Shown piece after piece: positions 34,472-41,371 of a stretch of 41,371 bases of DNA; the first letter of the stretch is position 1, and every line of letters starts with the position of its first letter. Source of the stretch: Actinomycetota bacterium (GTDB lineage Bacteria; Actinomycetota; Humimicrobiia; Humimicrobiales; Humimicrobiaceae); contig JAQVHC010000001.1 of assembly GCA_028696435.1 (NCBI GenBank), positions 1 to 41,371 of the forward strand. Direction: 5' to 3'. Below the pieces are notes generated by a model. That model made no database searches, had not been told where the DNA came from, and worked only from the letters and a program-made list of their open reading frames with translations. The position numbers were made by a program, and so were the translations under genes.

Positions 34472-34673
34472 TCAGCAGTTATTGAAGTAAATGAGAAGGG
34501 TAGCTGAGAAGGGTAGTGAAGCAGCCGCAGCAACAGTAGTAGTAATGAAAGAAACAGCAGCAATGCCAGATGAAGAGATAATAGAATTTAAGGTAGACAG
34601 GCCATTCTTCTTTATGATTATTGATGAGAGGACAGGTAGTATGCTTTTTATGGGTAAAGTTATGGAACCTTAA
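34472..34673 (+). pseudogene. Serpin C-terminal relic (reactive-centre-loop hinge to C-terminus only), frameshifted
   Basis: Reads SAVIEVNEKGS, then a stop, then (after a shift) EKGSEAAAATVVVM...FKVDRPFFFMIIDERTGSMLFMGKVMEP. This is the serpin hinge plus the conserved C-terminal strands. No serpin body is recognisable upstream. Confidence 0.7.
34492..34517 (+). repeat. 13-bp tandem duplication inside the serpin relic
   Basis: TGAGAAGGGTAGC at 34492-34504 is followed immediately by TGAGAAGGGTAGT at 34505-34517 (12/13 identical). Removing one copy restores IEVNEKGSEAAAAT in one frame. Confidence 0.8.
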
Positions 34674-34694
34674 AAATTTTTCTTTAAAAATTCT

Positions 34695-34723
34695 TTGGAC
34701 AAATCTTGAATATGTGTTATATA
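34695..34723 (+). promoter_or_regulatory. Candidate promoter TTGGAC-N17-TATATA with a TGn extension
   Basis: TTGGAC at 34695-34700 and TGT+TATATA at 34715-34723. This would give a ~190-nt leader for the RRM protein gene. Pattern match only. Confidence 0.3.
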
Positions 34724-34911
34724 ATAACAGGGTAATATCAAGAGGTATTACTTTTATAATAGAGTGGTAGGGATTTTTATTAGAAGTAAATAAATAAAAT
34801 AGAAGTTAGTCTTCGCGATTATATCTTCTTATTTCTTTTATTCCATATTTTATTCCAATAATATAATTTCTACTTCTCTAAAAAGTGCAATTTAAAGAAA
34901 GGGAATCTTAA

Positions 34912-35262
34912 GTGAACAAGAGAATGTATGTAGGTAATCTGGACTACAGTACGACAGACAAAGAGCTGGAAGATTTATTTGCCCAGGAAGGTACTGTTAC
35001 TTACTCGAAGGTAATTACCAGAATGGACGGAAAATCAAGAGGCTTTGGGTTTGTTGAGATGGAAAGCGAAGAGCAGGCTAAGGCTGCTATAGAAAAACTT
35101 AACAGGAGTGAATTTAAAGGAAGAACTATAGTAGTCAATGAAGCCAGAGCCCAGGATAGGGGTAATTATAACCCGAGGGAAAATAATTACGGGTCCAGGA
35201 GAGAAAGTGGCAGGGGAGACCTGAACTATAAGCTGAGACAGTTAAGAAAAAATATCGGGTAA
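34912..35262 (+). CDS. RRM-type (RNP-1/RNP-2) RNA-binding protein
   Basis: RNP-2 is MYVGNL and RNP-1 is RGFGFVEM. The C-terminal tail is Arg/Gly/Asn-rich. The start is either the GTG at 34912 or the ATG at 34924. Confidence 0.88.
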   Translation: MNKRMYVGNLDYSTTDKELEDLFAQEGTVTYSKVITRMDGKSRGFGFVEMESEEQAKAAIEKLNRSEFKGRTIVVNEARAQDRGNYNPRENNYGSRRESGRGDLNYKLRQLRKNIG

Positions 35263-35353
35263 ATTTTTTTAAATTTATACTTGTTTTTTTAAGTGTAATA
35301 CTCTATAGTATCCACTGAACAGAATGCAAAATTAAATATTAAAACCTTTAAAA

Positions 35354-35369
35354 TAGTCCGGAGAGACTA
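35354..35369 (+). promoter_or_regulatory. Putative PyrR-binding hairpin of the pyr leader
   Basis: UAGUC-CGGAGA-GACUA contains GUCCGGAGAGAC, close to the PyrR binding-loop consensus (A/G)UCCAGAGAGG. It lies ~60 nt upstream of an intrinsic terminator and ~105 nt upstream of pyrR. Confidence 0.6.
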
Positions 35370-35426
35370 AAAAGGAATGATAGAGATAAATATATTTAAA
35401 AGAAATTCTAATATAAAGAATTTTTC

Positions 35427-35460
35427 AACCTTCTTACTTATATGGTAAGAAGGTTTTTTT
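35427..35460 (+). terminator. Intrinsic terminator (attenuator) in the pyr operon leader
   Basis: A perfect 11-bp stem AACCTTCTTAC / GTAAGAAGGTT with a 7-nt loop, running into a T7 tract. It ends 13 nt before the pyrR ATG. Confidence 0.8.
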
Positions 35461-35473
35461 ATGGAGAAATATT

Positions 35474-36010
35474 ATGGCTGAGAAAGCATATATATTAAAC
35501 AGAGATGAAATAGACAGGATAATAAAAAGAATCTCGCATGAGATTCTGGAGAGAAATAAAGGTTCAGAAAATCTTGTTTTTATCGGGCTTCAAAAAAGAG
35601 GAGTTCCGCTTGCAAAAAGAATAGCAGAGAATATTGAAAAATTTGAAGGGACCAAAATTAAAACAGGTAAACTGGATATTACTTTTTATCGCGATGATAT
35701 CGGCCAAAATATAAAGCCAATTGCACAAACAACCGATATTCCATTTGAAATAGAAGATAAGAATGTAATCCTGGTAGACGATGTTTTATATACCGGCAGG
35801 ACAATAAGGGCTGCAATGGATGCTTTAATTGATTTTGGAAGACCCAAGACGATACAGCTTGTGGTTTTAATAGACAGAGGGCACAGGGAACTTCCTATAA
35901 GGGCGGATTATGTCGGTAAGAATCTTCCCACTTCGCGTGATGAATCCGTAGATGTTAGGTTACAGGAAACTGATGGTGAGGATAGTGTTGTGGTTATAAG
36001 AAAGGAATAA
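35474..36010 (+). CDS. pyrR: Bifunctional pyrimidine operon regulator / uracil phosphoribosyltransferase PyrR
   Basis: 178 aa with [10 protein letters not shown], a PRPP-binding motif ([17 protein letters not shown]) and [13 protein letters not shown]. Confidence 0.93.
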   Translation: MAEKAYILNRDEIDRIIKRISHEILERNKGSENLVFIGLQKRGVPLAKRIAENIEKFEGTKIKTGKLDITFYRDDIGQNIKPIAQTTDIPFEIEDKNVILVDDVLYTGRTIRAAMDALIDFGRPKTIQLVVLIDRGHRELPIRADYVGKNLPTSRDESVDVRLQETDGEDSVVVIRKE

Positions 36011-36012
36011 AT

Positions 36013-36933
36013 ATGCTGAGGAAAAAAAGTATAATAGATACGGGCAGTCTGAGTCTGGAAGATATAGATTTAATATTTGCAAATGCAGATTCTTTTCTTG
36101 AGGTATCAGAAAGAGATGTAAAAAAAGTTCCTGCTCTGAGAGGTAAAACGATAGTTAATTTATTTTTTGAACCAAGTACAAGAACCAGAACTTCATTTGA
36201 AATTGCGGCAAAAAGACTCAGCGCAGATATAATCAATTTTTCTTCTTCTACAAGCAGCGTAAAAAAGGGTGAATCTGTAATTGATACTTTAAAAACCATA
36301 CTGTCAATGAAAGTTGATCTGATTGTTATGAGGCACAGTGACAGCGGGGCTGTTAAAATGGCAGAGCAGTTTGTAAATGTGCCGGTAATAAATGCCGGTG
36401 ATGGGAAGCATCAGCATCCTACCCAGGCTTTACTGGATTTATATACAATAAAAAAAATATTTAACAAATTAGAAGGGCTTAAAGTGGCAATTATTGGAGA
36501 TTTTATAAACAGCAGAGTGGCAAAATCTGATATAGATTTATTTGAGAGAATGGGAATTGATGTAACAGTAGTTTCACCAGCTATGTTGCTGCCTGAAGAT
36601 TTTTCAAGAATGAAAGTAAAGCATAGCATAGATGATGTTATAGAAGAATCTGACATTATTTACGTTCTTAGAATGCAGTTTGAAAGGCAGAACAGGAAGT
36701 TTTACCCGTCTATTATGGAATATAATCGTTTTTTAAGTTTGAATAAAGATAGACTTTTAAGAATGAAGCCAGGCTCTATTGTAATGCATCCGGGACCTGT
36801 AAACAGGGGGATTGAAATTACCGATGAGGTTATGGATATAAGCGGTGAGCCAGGAGAAAGAATTACAATTGAACAGCAGGTAACTAATGGAGTGGCAATA
36901 AGAATGGCAGTACTTTATTTAATATTAAGCTAA
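36013..36933 (+). CDS. pyrB: Aspartate carbamoyltransferase catalytic subunit
   Basis: FFEPSTRTRTSFE, HQHPTQALLD and HPGPVNRG. Confidence 0.93.
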   Translation: MLRKKSIIDTGSLSLEDIDLIFANADSFLEVSERDVKKVPALRGKTIVNLFFEPSTRTRTSFEIAAKRLSADIINFSSSTSSVKKGESVIDTLKTILSMKVDLIVMRHSDSGAVKMAEQFVNVPVINAGDGKHQHPTQALLDLYTIKKIFNKLEGLKVAIIGDFINSRVAKSDIDLFERMGIDVTVVSPAMLLPEDFSRMKVKHSIDDVIEESDIIYVLRMQFERQNRKFYPSIMEYNRFLSLNKDRLLRMKPGSIVMHPGPVNRGIEITDEVMDISGEPGERITIEQQVTNGVAIRMAVLYLILS

Positions 36934-36973
36934 ACTGATTTTATTAAATTAAATAAATAACAGGTCAGGGGCT

Positions 36974-38308
36974 ATGGTGAGCGTCAAAGAAGATAATAAT
37001 GTGAAAAATATACTTATAAAGTCGGGGAAAATAGTTGACCCGATAAAAAGAACAGAATCTGTATCTGATATTTACATTAAGAATGGTATTATTTCAGAAA
37101 TAAGAGAAAAAATTGATATTACCGGTGATAATATAGTTGTAATTAATGCTGATGGTTACACGGTTTCACCTGGCTTTGTAGATATGCATGCTCATCTAAG
37201 AGAGCCGGGTTTTGAAGATGAGGAAACAATAGAGTCTGGAACACTGGCTGCAATTAAAGGAGGAATAACCAGTGTTGCCTGTATGCCCAATACCAGTCCG
37301 GCTATAGATAATCAGTCTGCTGTCCGGTACATTCTTGAAAAATCAAAAAATATGGCCTGCAATGTATTTCCGGTTGCTGCCATGACTGCAGGCTGTAAAG
37401 GTATAAATATTACAGAAATTGGACTTCTGGCTGAAGCCGGGGCTATTGCTTTTTCGGACGATGGAAATAGTGTAAAAGATAGTAAGTTAATGTATGAAAT
37501 TATGAGATATTCCAGACAGTTTGGTATACCTCTGATACTGCATGAAGAAGATAGCTCTATATCAAAAAGCGGGCTTGTTCACGAGGGGCACTATTCAACA
37601 ATACTTGGCCTGGAAGGAATATCGTCACTGAGCGATGACTTGATGATAGCAAGAGATATAATACTTGCAGCAAGAAGTAAAGCAAGAATTCATATAACGC
37701 ACCTCAGCACAAAAAATAGTGTAAAAATGATAAAAAGAGCAAAAGAAGAAGGAGTAAATATAACCTGTGATGTTACTCCGCATCATCTATTCTTTAATGA
37801 CAGCTGTCTTACAACTTTTAATACCAGCTTTAAAGTCAAACCACCTATAAGAAGTGAGGAGGACAGAATGGCGCTTATTGAAGGAATAAAAGGCGGCGTA
37901 ATCGATGCTATAGCAAGTGACCACGCTCCTCATCTTGATACAGAAAAAAATACCACTTTTAAACTTGCCAGTTTTGGAACAATAGGACTTGAAACATTAT
38001 TCAGTGCTGCCTTCACTAAATTATGCATTGAAGAAAAAATTAGCCTCCCTGTACTGATAAATCTAATATCTGCGTCACCTGCAGCAATCCTCGGTATCGA
38101 TGCCGGTAAAATCGAAGCCGGGAAAGTTGCAAGTATTACAATTATAGATACCGGAGCTGAAGAGGTTATAAAAAAGGAAAGCTTTATTTCAAAAAGTAAA
38201 AACAGTGCCTTTATCGGGCAGAAATTAAAAGGAAAAATAGTCTGTACTGTAAGCAAAGGCAAACTTGCTTACAGGGATAAGTGTATAAAAGAAAGGTCAA
38301 TATCTTGA
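36974..38308 (+). CDS. pyrC: Dihydroorotase
   Basis: PGFVDMHAHLREPG, DDG, HITHLST and ASDHAPH metal-ligand motifs. The protein is 444 aa. Confidence 0.92.
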   Translation: MVSVKEDNNVKNILIKSGKIVDPIKRTESVSDIYIKNGIISEIREKIDITGDNIVVINADGYTVSPGFVDMHAHLREPGFEDEETIESGTLAAIKGGITSVACMPNTSPAIDNQSAVRYILEKSKNMACNVFPVAAMTAGCKGINITEIGLLAEAGAIAFSDDGNSVKDSKLMYEIMRYSRQFGIPLILHEEDSSISKSGLVHEGHYSTILGLEGISSLSDDLMIARDIILAARSKARIHITHLSTKNSVKMIKRAKEEGVNITCDVTPHHLFFNDSCLTTFNTSFKVKPPIRSEEDRMALIEGIKGGVIDAIASDHAPHLDTEKNTTFKLASFGTIGLETLFSAAFTKLCIEEKISLPVLINLISASPAAILGIDAGKIEAGKVASITIIDTGAEEVIKKESFISKSKNSAFIGQKLKGKIVCTVSKGKLAYRDKCIKERSIS

Positions 38309-39408
38309 GAGCTGTTTTAATGTTAGAAGATGGAAAAATATTCAGAGGTGTAAATATAGGATGCAGTGGTGAGACAGTTGGTGAGGTTGTATTTAATACA
38401 TCAATGGTAGGCTATCAGGAAATATTAACTGACCCCTCCTCCCGTGAACAAATAATAGTAATGACCTATCCCCAGATTGGTAATTATGGCATAAATTATA
38501 AAGATGCCGAGTCCTGCAGAATTCAGGCCGGAGGCCTTGTTGTAAAAGAATACTTTGACTATTACAGTAACTGTAGAGCAGAAGATAGTCTGGGTAGTTA
38601 CCTTAAAAAGTATAATATTATAGGTCTGGAAGATATAGATACGAGACAATTGACCGGGCATATAAGACTTAAAGGTTCAATGAAGGGGATAATTTCAACC
38701 GAAACTGATAATAAAGATAAATTAAAAGAAAAACTTGACAGTTACCCTTCAATCGTTAACAGGGATCTGGTAAAAGATGTTACCTGTAGCAAGCCATATG
38801 TTTATAATCCTGAGAGGAATGACTGCAAATATATAGTTCTCGTAATGGACTTTGGGGTAAAAAAGACAGTTTTAGATTGTCTGGACCGTGAAGGTTTTAA
38901 ATTAATTGTAGTCCCGGCATCAATGAGTTCGGAAGAAATTTTAAAATATAACCCTGATGGTGTTTTTCTTTCCAATGGTCCGGGCGACCCTTCTGCTGTA
39001 AGTTATGCAGCTCTCACAATTAAAAAACTAATCGGTAAAAAACCTATTTTTGGAATCTGCCTTGGTCATCAGCTGCTGGCAACTGCTCTCGGAGCTAAAA
39101 CTTATAAGCTAAAGTCCAGTCACCATGGAAATAACTCTCCGGTTAAAAATCTGGAAACGGGGAAAGTTGAGATAACATCTCATAATCATAGTTTTGCTGT
39201 TGATAAAGAATCGCTAAAGAATATTAAGGGTGCGAAATACAAAATTACCCATATAAACCTGAATGATAATACAATTGAGGGATTAAAATATGAAAATATT
39301 AATGCATATTCGGTCCAGTATCATCCAGAATGGAAATCCGGGTTGCATGAATCAGAATATATTTTTAATAAATTTGCCGGATTAATGAAAGAAAATAAAA
39401 AAATATAA
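38305..39408 (+). CDS. carA: Carbamoyl-phosphate synthase small (glutaminase) subunit
   Basis: LMLEDGKIFRG, PQIGNYG, LSNGPGDP, GICLGHQLL (catalytic Cys) and QYHPE. The likely TTG start at 38305 overlaps the pyrC stop (TTGA). The tracked ORF starts at the GTG at 38281. Confidence 0.9.
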   Translation: MRAVLMLEDGKIFRGVNIGCSGETVGEVVFNTSMVGYQEILTDPSSREQIIVMTYPQIGNYGINYKDAESCRIQAGGLVVKEYFDYYSNCRAEDSLGSYLKKYNIIGLEDIDTRQLTGHIRLKGSMKGIISTETDNKDKLKEKLDSYPSIVNRDLVKDVTCSKPYVYNPERNDCKYIVLVMDFGVKKTVLDCLDREGFKLIVVPASMSSEEILKYNPDGVFLSNGPGDPSAVSYAALTIKKLIGKKPIFGICLGHQLLATALGAKTYKLKSSHHGNNSPVKNLETGKVEITSHNHSFAVDKESLKNIKGAKYKITHINLNDNTIEGLKYENINAYSVQYHPEWKSGLHESEYIFNKFAGLMKENKKI

Positions 39409-39499
39409 TAAAAGTTACGGGTTTAAAACCAGAGTTGTAAACGCAACTCTTAAATTTAAATAGTTCATTTATTAATAGTCATATTTTAATAGAGGGTAT

Positions 39500-41371
39500 A
39501 TGCCTAAAAGGAAAGATATAGATAAAGTTTTACTTATAGGTTCAGGACCTATAGTAATAGGGCAGGCCTGTGAATTTGATTATTCGGGGACTCAGGCATG
39601 TAAAGTATTAAAACAGGAAGGTTATAAGGTTGTACTTGTAAATAGCAACCCCGCTACTATAATGACTGACCCCGAGTTTGCAGACAGAACTTATATTGAG
39701 CCACTTACTCCGGAGTTTGTGGAGAAGATAATAAAGAAAGAAAGACCGGATGCTTTGCTACCGGCACTTGGAGGGCAGACAGGCTTAAATATGGCGGCAG
39801 CTTTATCAAAAGAAAAAGTTTTAAGCAAATACGGTGTTGAACTTATAGGTGTGGATATTGATGTTATAAATAAGGCCGAAGACAGGGAGTTGTTCAAGGA
39901 ATCCATGAATAGAATAGGACTTTATGTTCCACCCAGCGGATATGCACACAGCCTGAGAGAAGCCCTGGATATCAGCAGGAAACTCGGGTTCCCGCTTGTG
40001 GTAAGACCGAGTTTTACACTTGGAGGAATCGGAGGAGGAGTTGCATTTAACAAAGATGAGTTTATTGAGATAGTAGTAAGGGGGCTTGATATTTCGCCAG
40101 AGTCGGAAGTACTGGTAGAAAAATCAGTTGCGGGCTGGAAAGAAATTGAGCTGGAGATGATGAGGGATTTAAATGATAATGTAATTATGGTATGTTCCAT
40201 TGAGAACTTTGATCCTATGGGAGTGCATACAGGAGATAGCATCAGTGTAGCCCCGGCGCAGACCCTTACATATAAAGAGTTTCAGAATATAAAAGATGCT
40301 GGCATCAGAATAATGAGAGAAATTGGCGTTACTGCGGGGGGGTCAAATATACAATTTGCTATTAATCCTGCAGATGGTAAAGTAGCAGTCATTGAAATGA
40401 ATCCCAGAGTTTCAAGAAGCAGTGCCCTGGCTTCCAAAGCAACCGGCTATCCGATTGCAAAAATTGCAACCAAACTGGCAATAGGATATACACTTGATGA
40501 AATTACAAATGATATAACAAGAAATACATCTGCCTGTTTTGAGCCTTCTATAGATTACGTAGTAGTAAAATTTCCCAGATGGACTTTTGAAAAGTTTCCG
40601 GAAACCGATCCAAGTCTCACCACAAGAATGAAATCTGTCGGCGAAGTGCTTGCAATCGGAAGAACTTTTAAAGAAGCTCTGCAGAAGTCTATAAGGTCTC
40701 TGGAGATCGATAGGTATGGTCTTGGTTCAGATGGAAGAAGTGATATAAAAGAGGAGTTACTTTATAATAAGTTATCTATCCCGAATCAGGACAGGGTTTT
40801 TTATATTAAATATGCCTTTGAAAAAGGAATGGGCATTGATGAGGTTTCGGAGTATACCCGGATCGACCCATGGTTTTTATATAATATAAAACAGCTGGTT
40901 GAATTTGAAAAAGGTTTCAGGCGCAAAAGCATTAAAGGTGTAACTGTTGAAGATTTACTTGAAGCAAAAAAACTCGGTTATTCTGATATCCAGATAGCAA
41001 ATTTATGCAGCAGCAGCGAGGATGAAGTCAGGACTATCAGAAATAAACTTAATATTAAATCAACTTTTAAACCTGTAGATACGTGTGCCGGTGAGTTTGA
41101 ATCTTATACGCCATATTATTATTCTACTTATGAGACAGCGAATGAAGTTCTACCTTTGTCAGGAGAAAAAATAGTAATCCTCGGCGGAGGGCCAAATCGT
41201 ATTGGCCAGGGTATAGAATTCGACTATTGCTGTGTGCATGCTTCTTTCGCTCTGAGGAAAGCAGGTTACGAAACCATAATGATTAATTGTAATCCAGAGA
41301 CAGTGAGTACAGATTATGATACTTCTGACCGTCTGTATTTTGAACCCCTGACTTTTGAGGATGTTTTAAAT
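39500..41371 (+). CDS. carB: Carbamoyl-phosphate synthase large subunit, N-terminal 624 codons (3' end outside the window)
   Basis: Not in the ORF track because there is no stop inside the window. The ATG at 39500 follows AGAGGG. It reads [33 protein letters not shown]... and later [24 protein letters not shown]. The frame is open to 41371. Confidence 0.93.
   Translation, partial: MPKRKDIDKVLLIGSGPIVIGQACEFDYSGTQACKVLKQEGYKVVLVNSNPATIMTDPEFADRTYIEPLTPEFVEKIIKKERPDALLPALGGQTGLNMAAALSKEKVLSKYGVELIGVDIDVINKAEDRELFKESMNRIGLYVPPSGYAHSLREALDISRKLGFPLVVRPSFTLGGIGGGVAFNKDEFIEIVVRGLDISPESEVLVEKSVAGWKEIELEMMRDLNDNVIMVCSIENFDPMGVHTGDSISVAPAQTLTYKEFQNIKDAGIRIMREIGVTAGGSNIQFAINPADGKVAVIEMNPRVSRSSALASKATGYPIAKIATKLAIGYTLDEITNDITRNTSACFEPSIDYVVVKFPRWTFEKFPETDPSLTTRMKSVGEVLAIGRTFKEALQKSIRSLEIDRYGLGSDGRSDIKEELLYNKLSIPNQDRVFYIKYAFEKGMGIDEVSEYTRIDPWFLYNIKQLVEFEKGFRRKSIKGVTVEDLLEAKKLGYSDIQIANLCSSSEDEVRTIRNKLNIKSTFKPVDTCAGEFESYTPYYYSTYETANEVLPLSGEKIVILGGGPNRIGQGIEFDYCCVHASFALRKAGYETIMINCNPETVSTDYDTSDRLYFEPLTFEDVLN

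Noticed and set aside
39409-39499. Hairpin AGAGTTG-TAAACG-CAACTCT between carA and carB, as a second PyrR attenuator or terminator
   Set aside because: It has only a 7-bp stem, no U-tract and no PyrR-box sequence. carA and carB are normally co-transcribed.
1-41371. CRISPR arrays, transposases or IS elements, integrases, prophage genes, rRNA
   Set aside because: I scanned the intergenic regions and the ORF translations. I found no regularly spaced repeats, no DDE or serine/tyrosine recombinase motifs and no terminal inverted repeats. The only repeats seen are the short ones listed as features or findings.

Overview
Low-GC, Gram-positive-type (Bacillota/Clostridia-like, possibly an uncultured lineage) chromosomal segment. 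It consists almost entirely of plus-strand housekeeping operons with a few accessory insertions.

Gene content by region:
- (1) 1-10.2 kb: distal division/cell-wall cluster murC'-murB-ddl-ftsQ-ftsA-ftsZ-pgeF-yggS-sepF-proC, then divIVA-yggU after a long AT-rich spacer.
- (2) 10.6-12.25 kb: an unusual trio. It comprises a pseudo-receiver/ParA-MinD-type ATPase, a tandem excisionase-type HTH protein and an untracked 52-aa membrane peptide.
- (3) 12.2-16.9 kb: GT2 glycosyltransferase, 5-formyl-THF cyclo-ligase and DegV on the minus strand, then an orphan solute-binding lipoprotein and an AmaP/Asp23-like membrane protein.
- (4) tRNA-Gly(CCC), followed by two roughly 1100-aa UvrD-type helicase/Cas4-type nuclease subunits (AddAB/AdnAB-like).
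- (5) ilvE on the minus strand.
- (6) 25.5-31.1 kb: a compositionally distinct five-gene corrinoid-dependent methyltransferase operon (corrinoid protein, URO-D-family methyltransferase, MetH-activation-domain protein, RACo-type activase, pterin-binding methyltransferase). It is probably horizontally acquired.
- (7) A hypothetical protein, a THUMP protein, a sigI-rsgI pair with an unassigned sensor domain, a serpin C-terminal relic and an RRM RNA-binding protein.
- (8) A PyrR-attenuated pyrR-pyrB-pyrC-carA-carB' operon running off the window.

I saw no CRISPR array, transposase, integrase or rRNA. The most interesting candidates are the ATPase/HTH/peptide module appended to the division cluster, the foreign-looking corrinoid methyltransferase island with two reactivation modules, and the SigI-RsgI pair with a novel ectodomain. 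ftsQ has an A7 frameshift and yggS has no canonical start codon.
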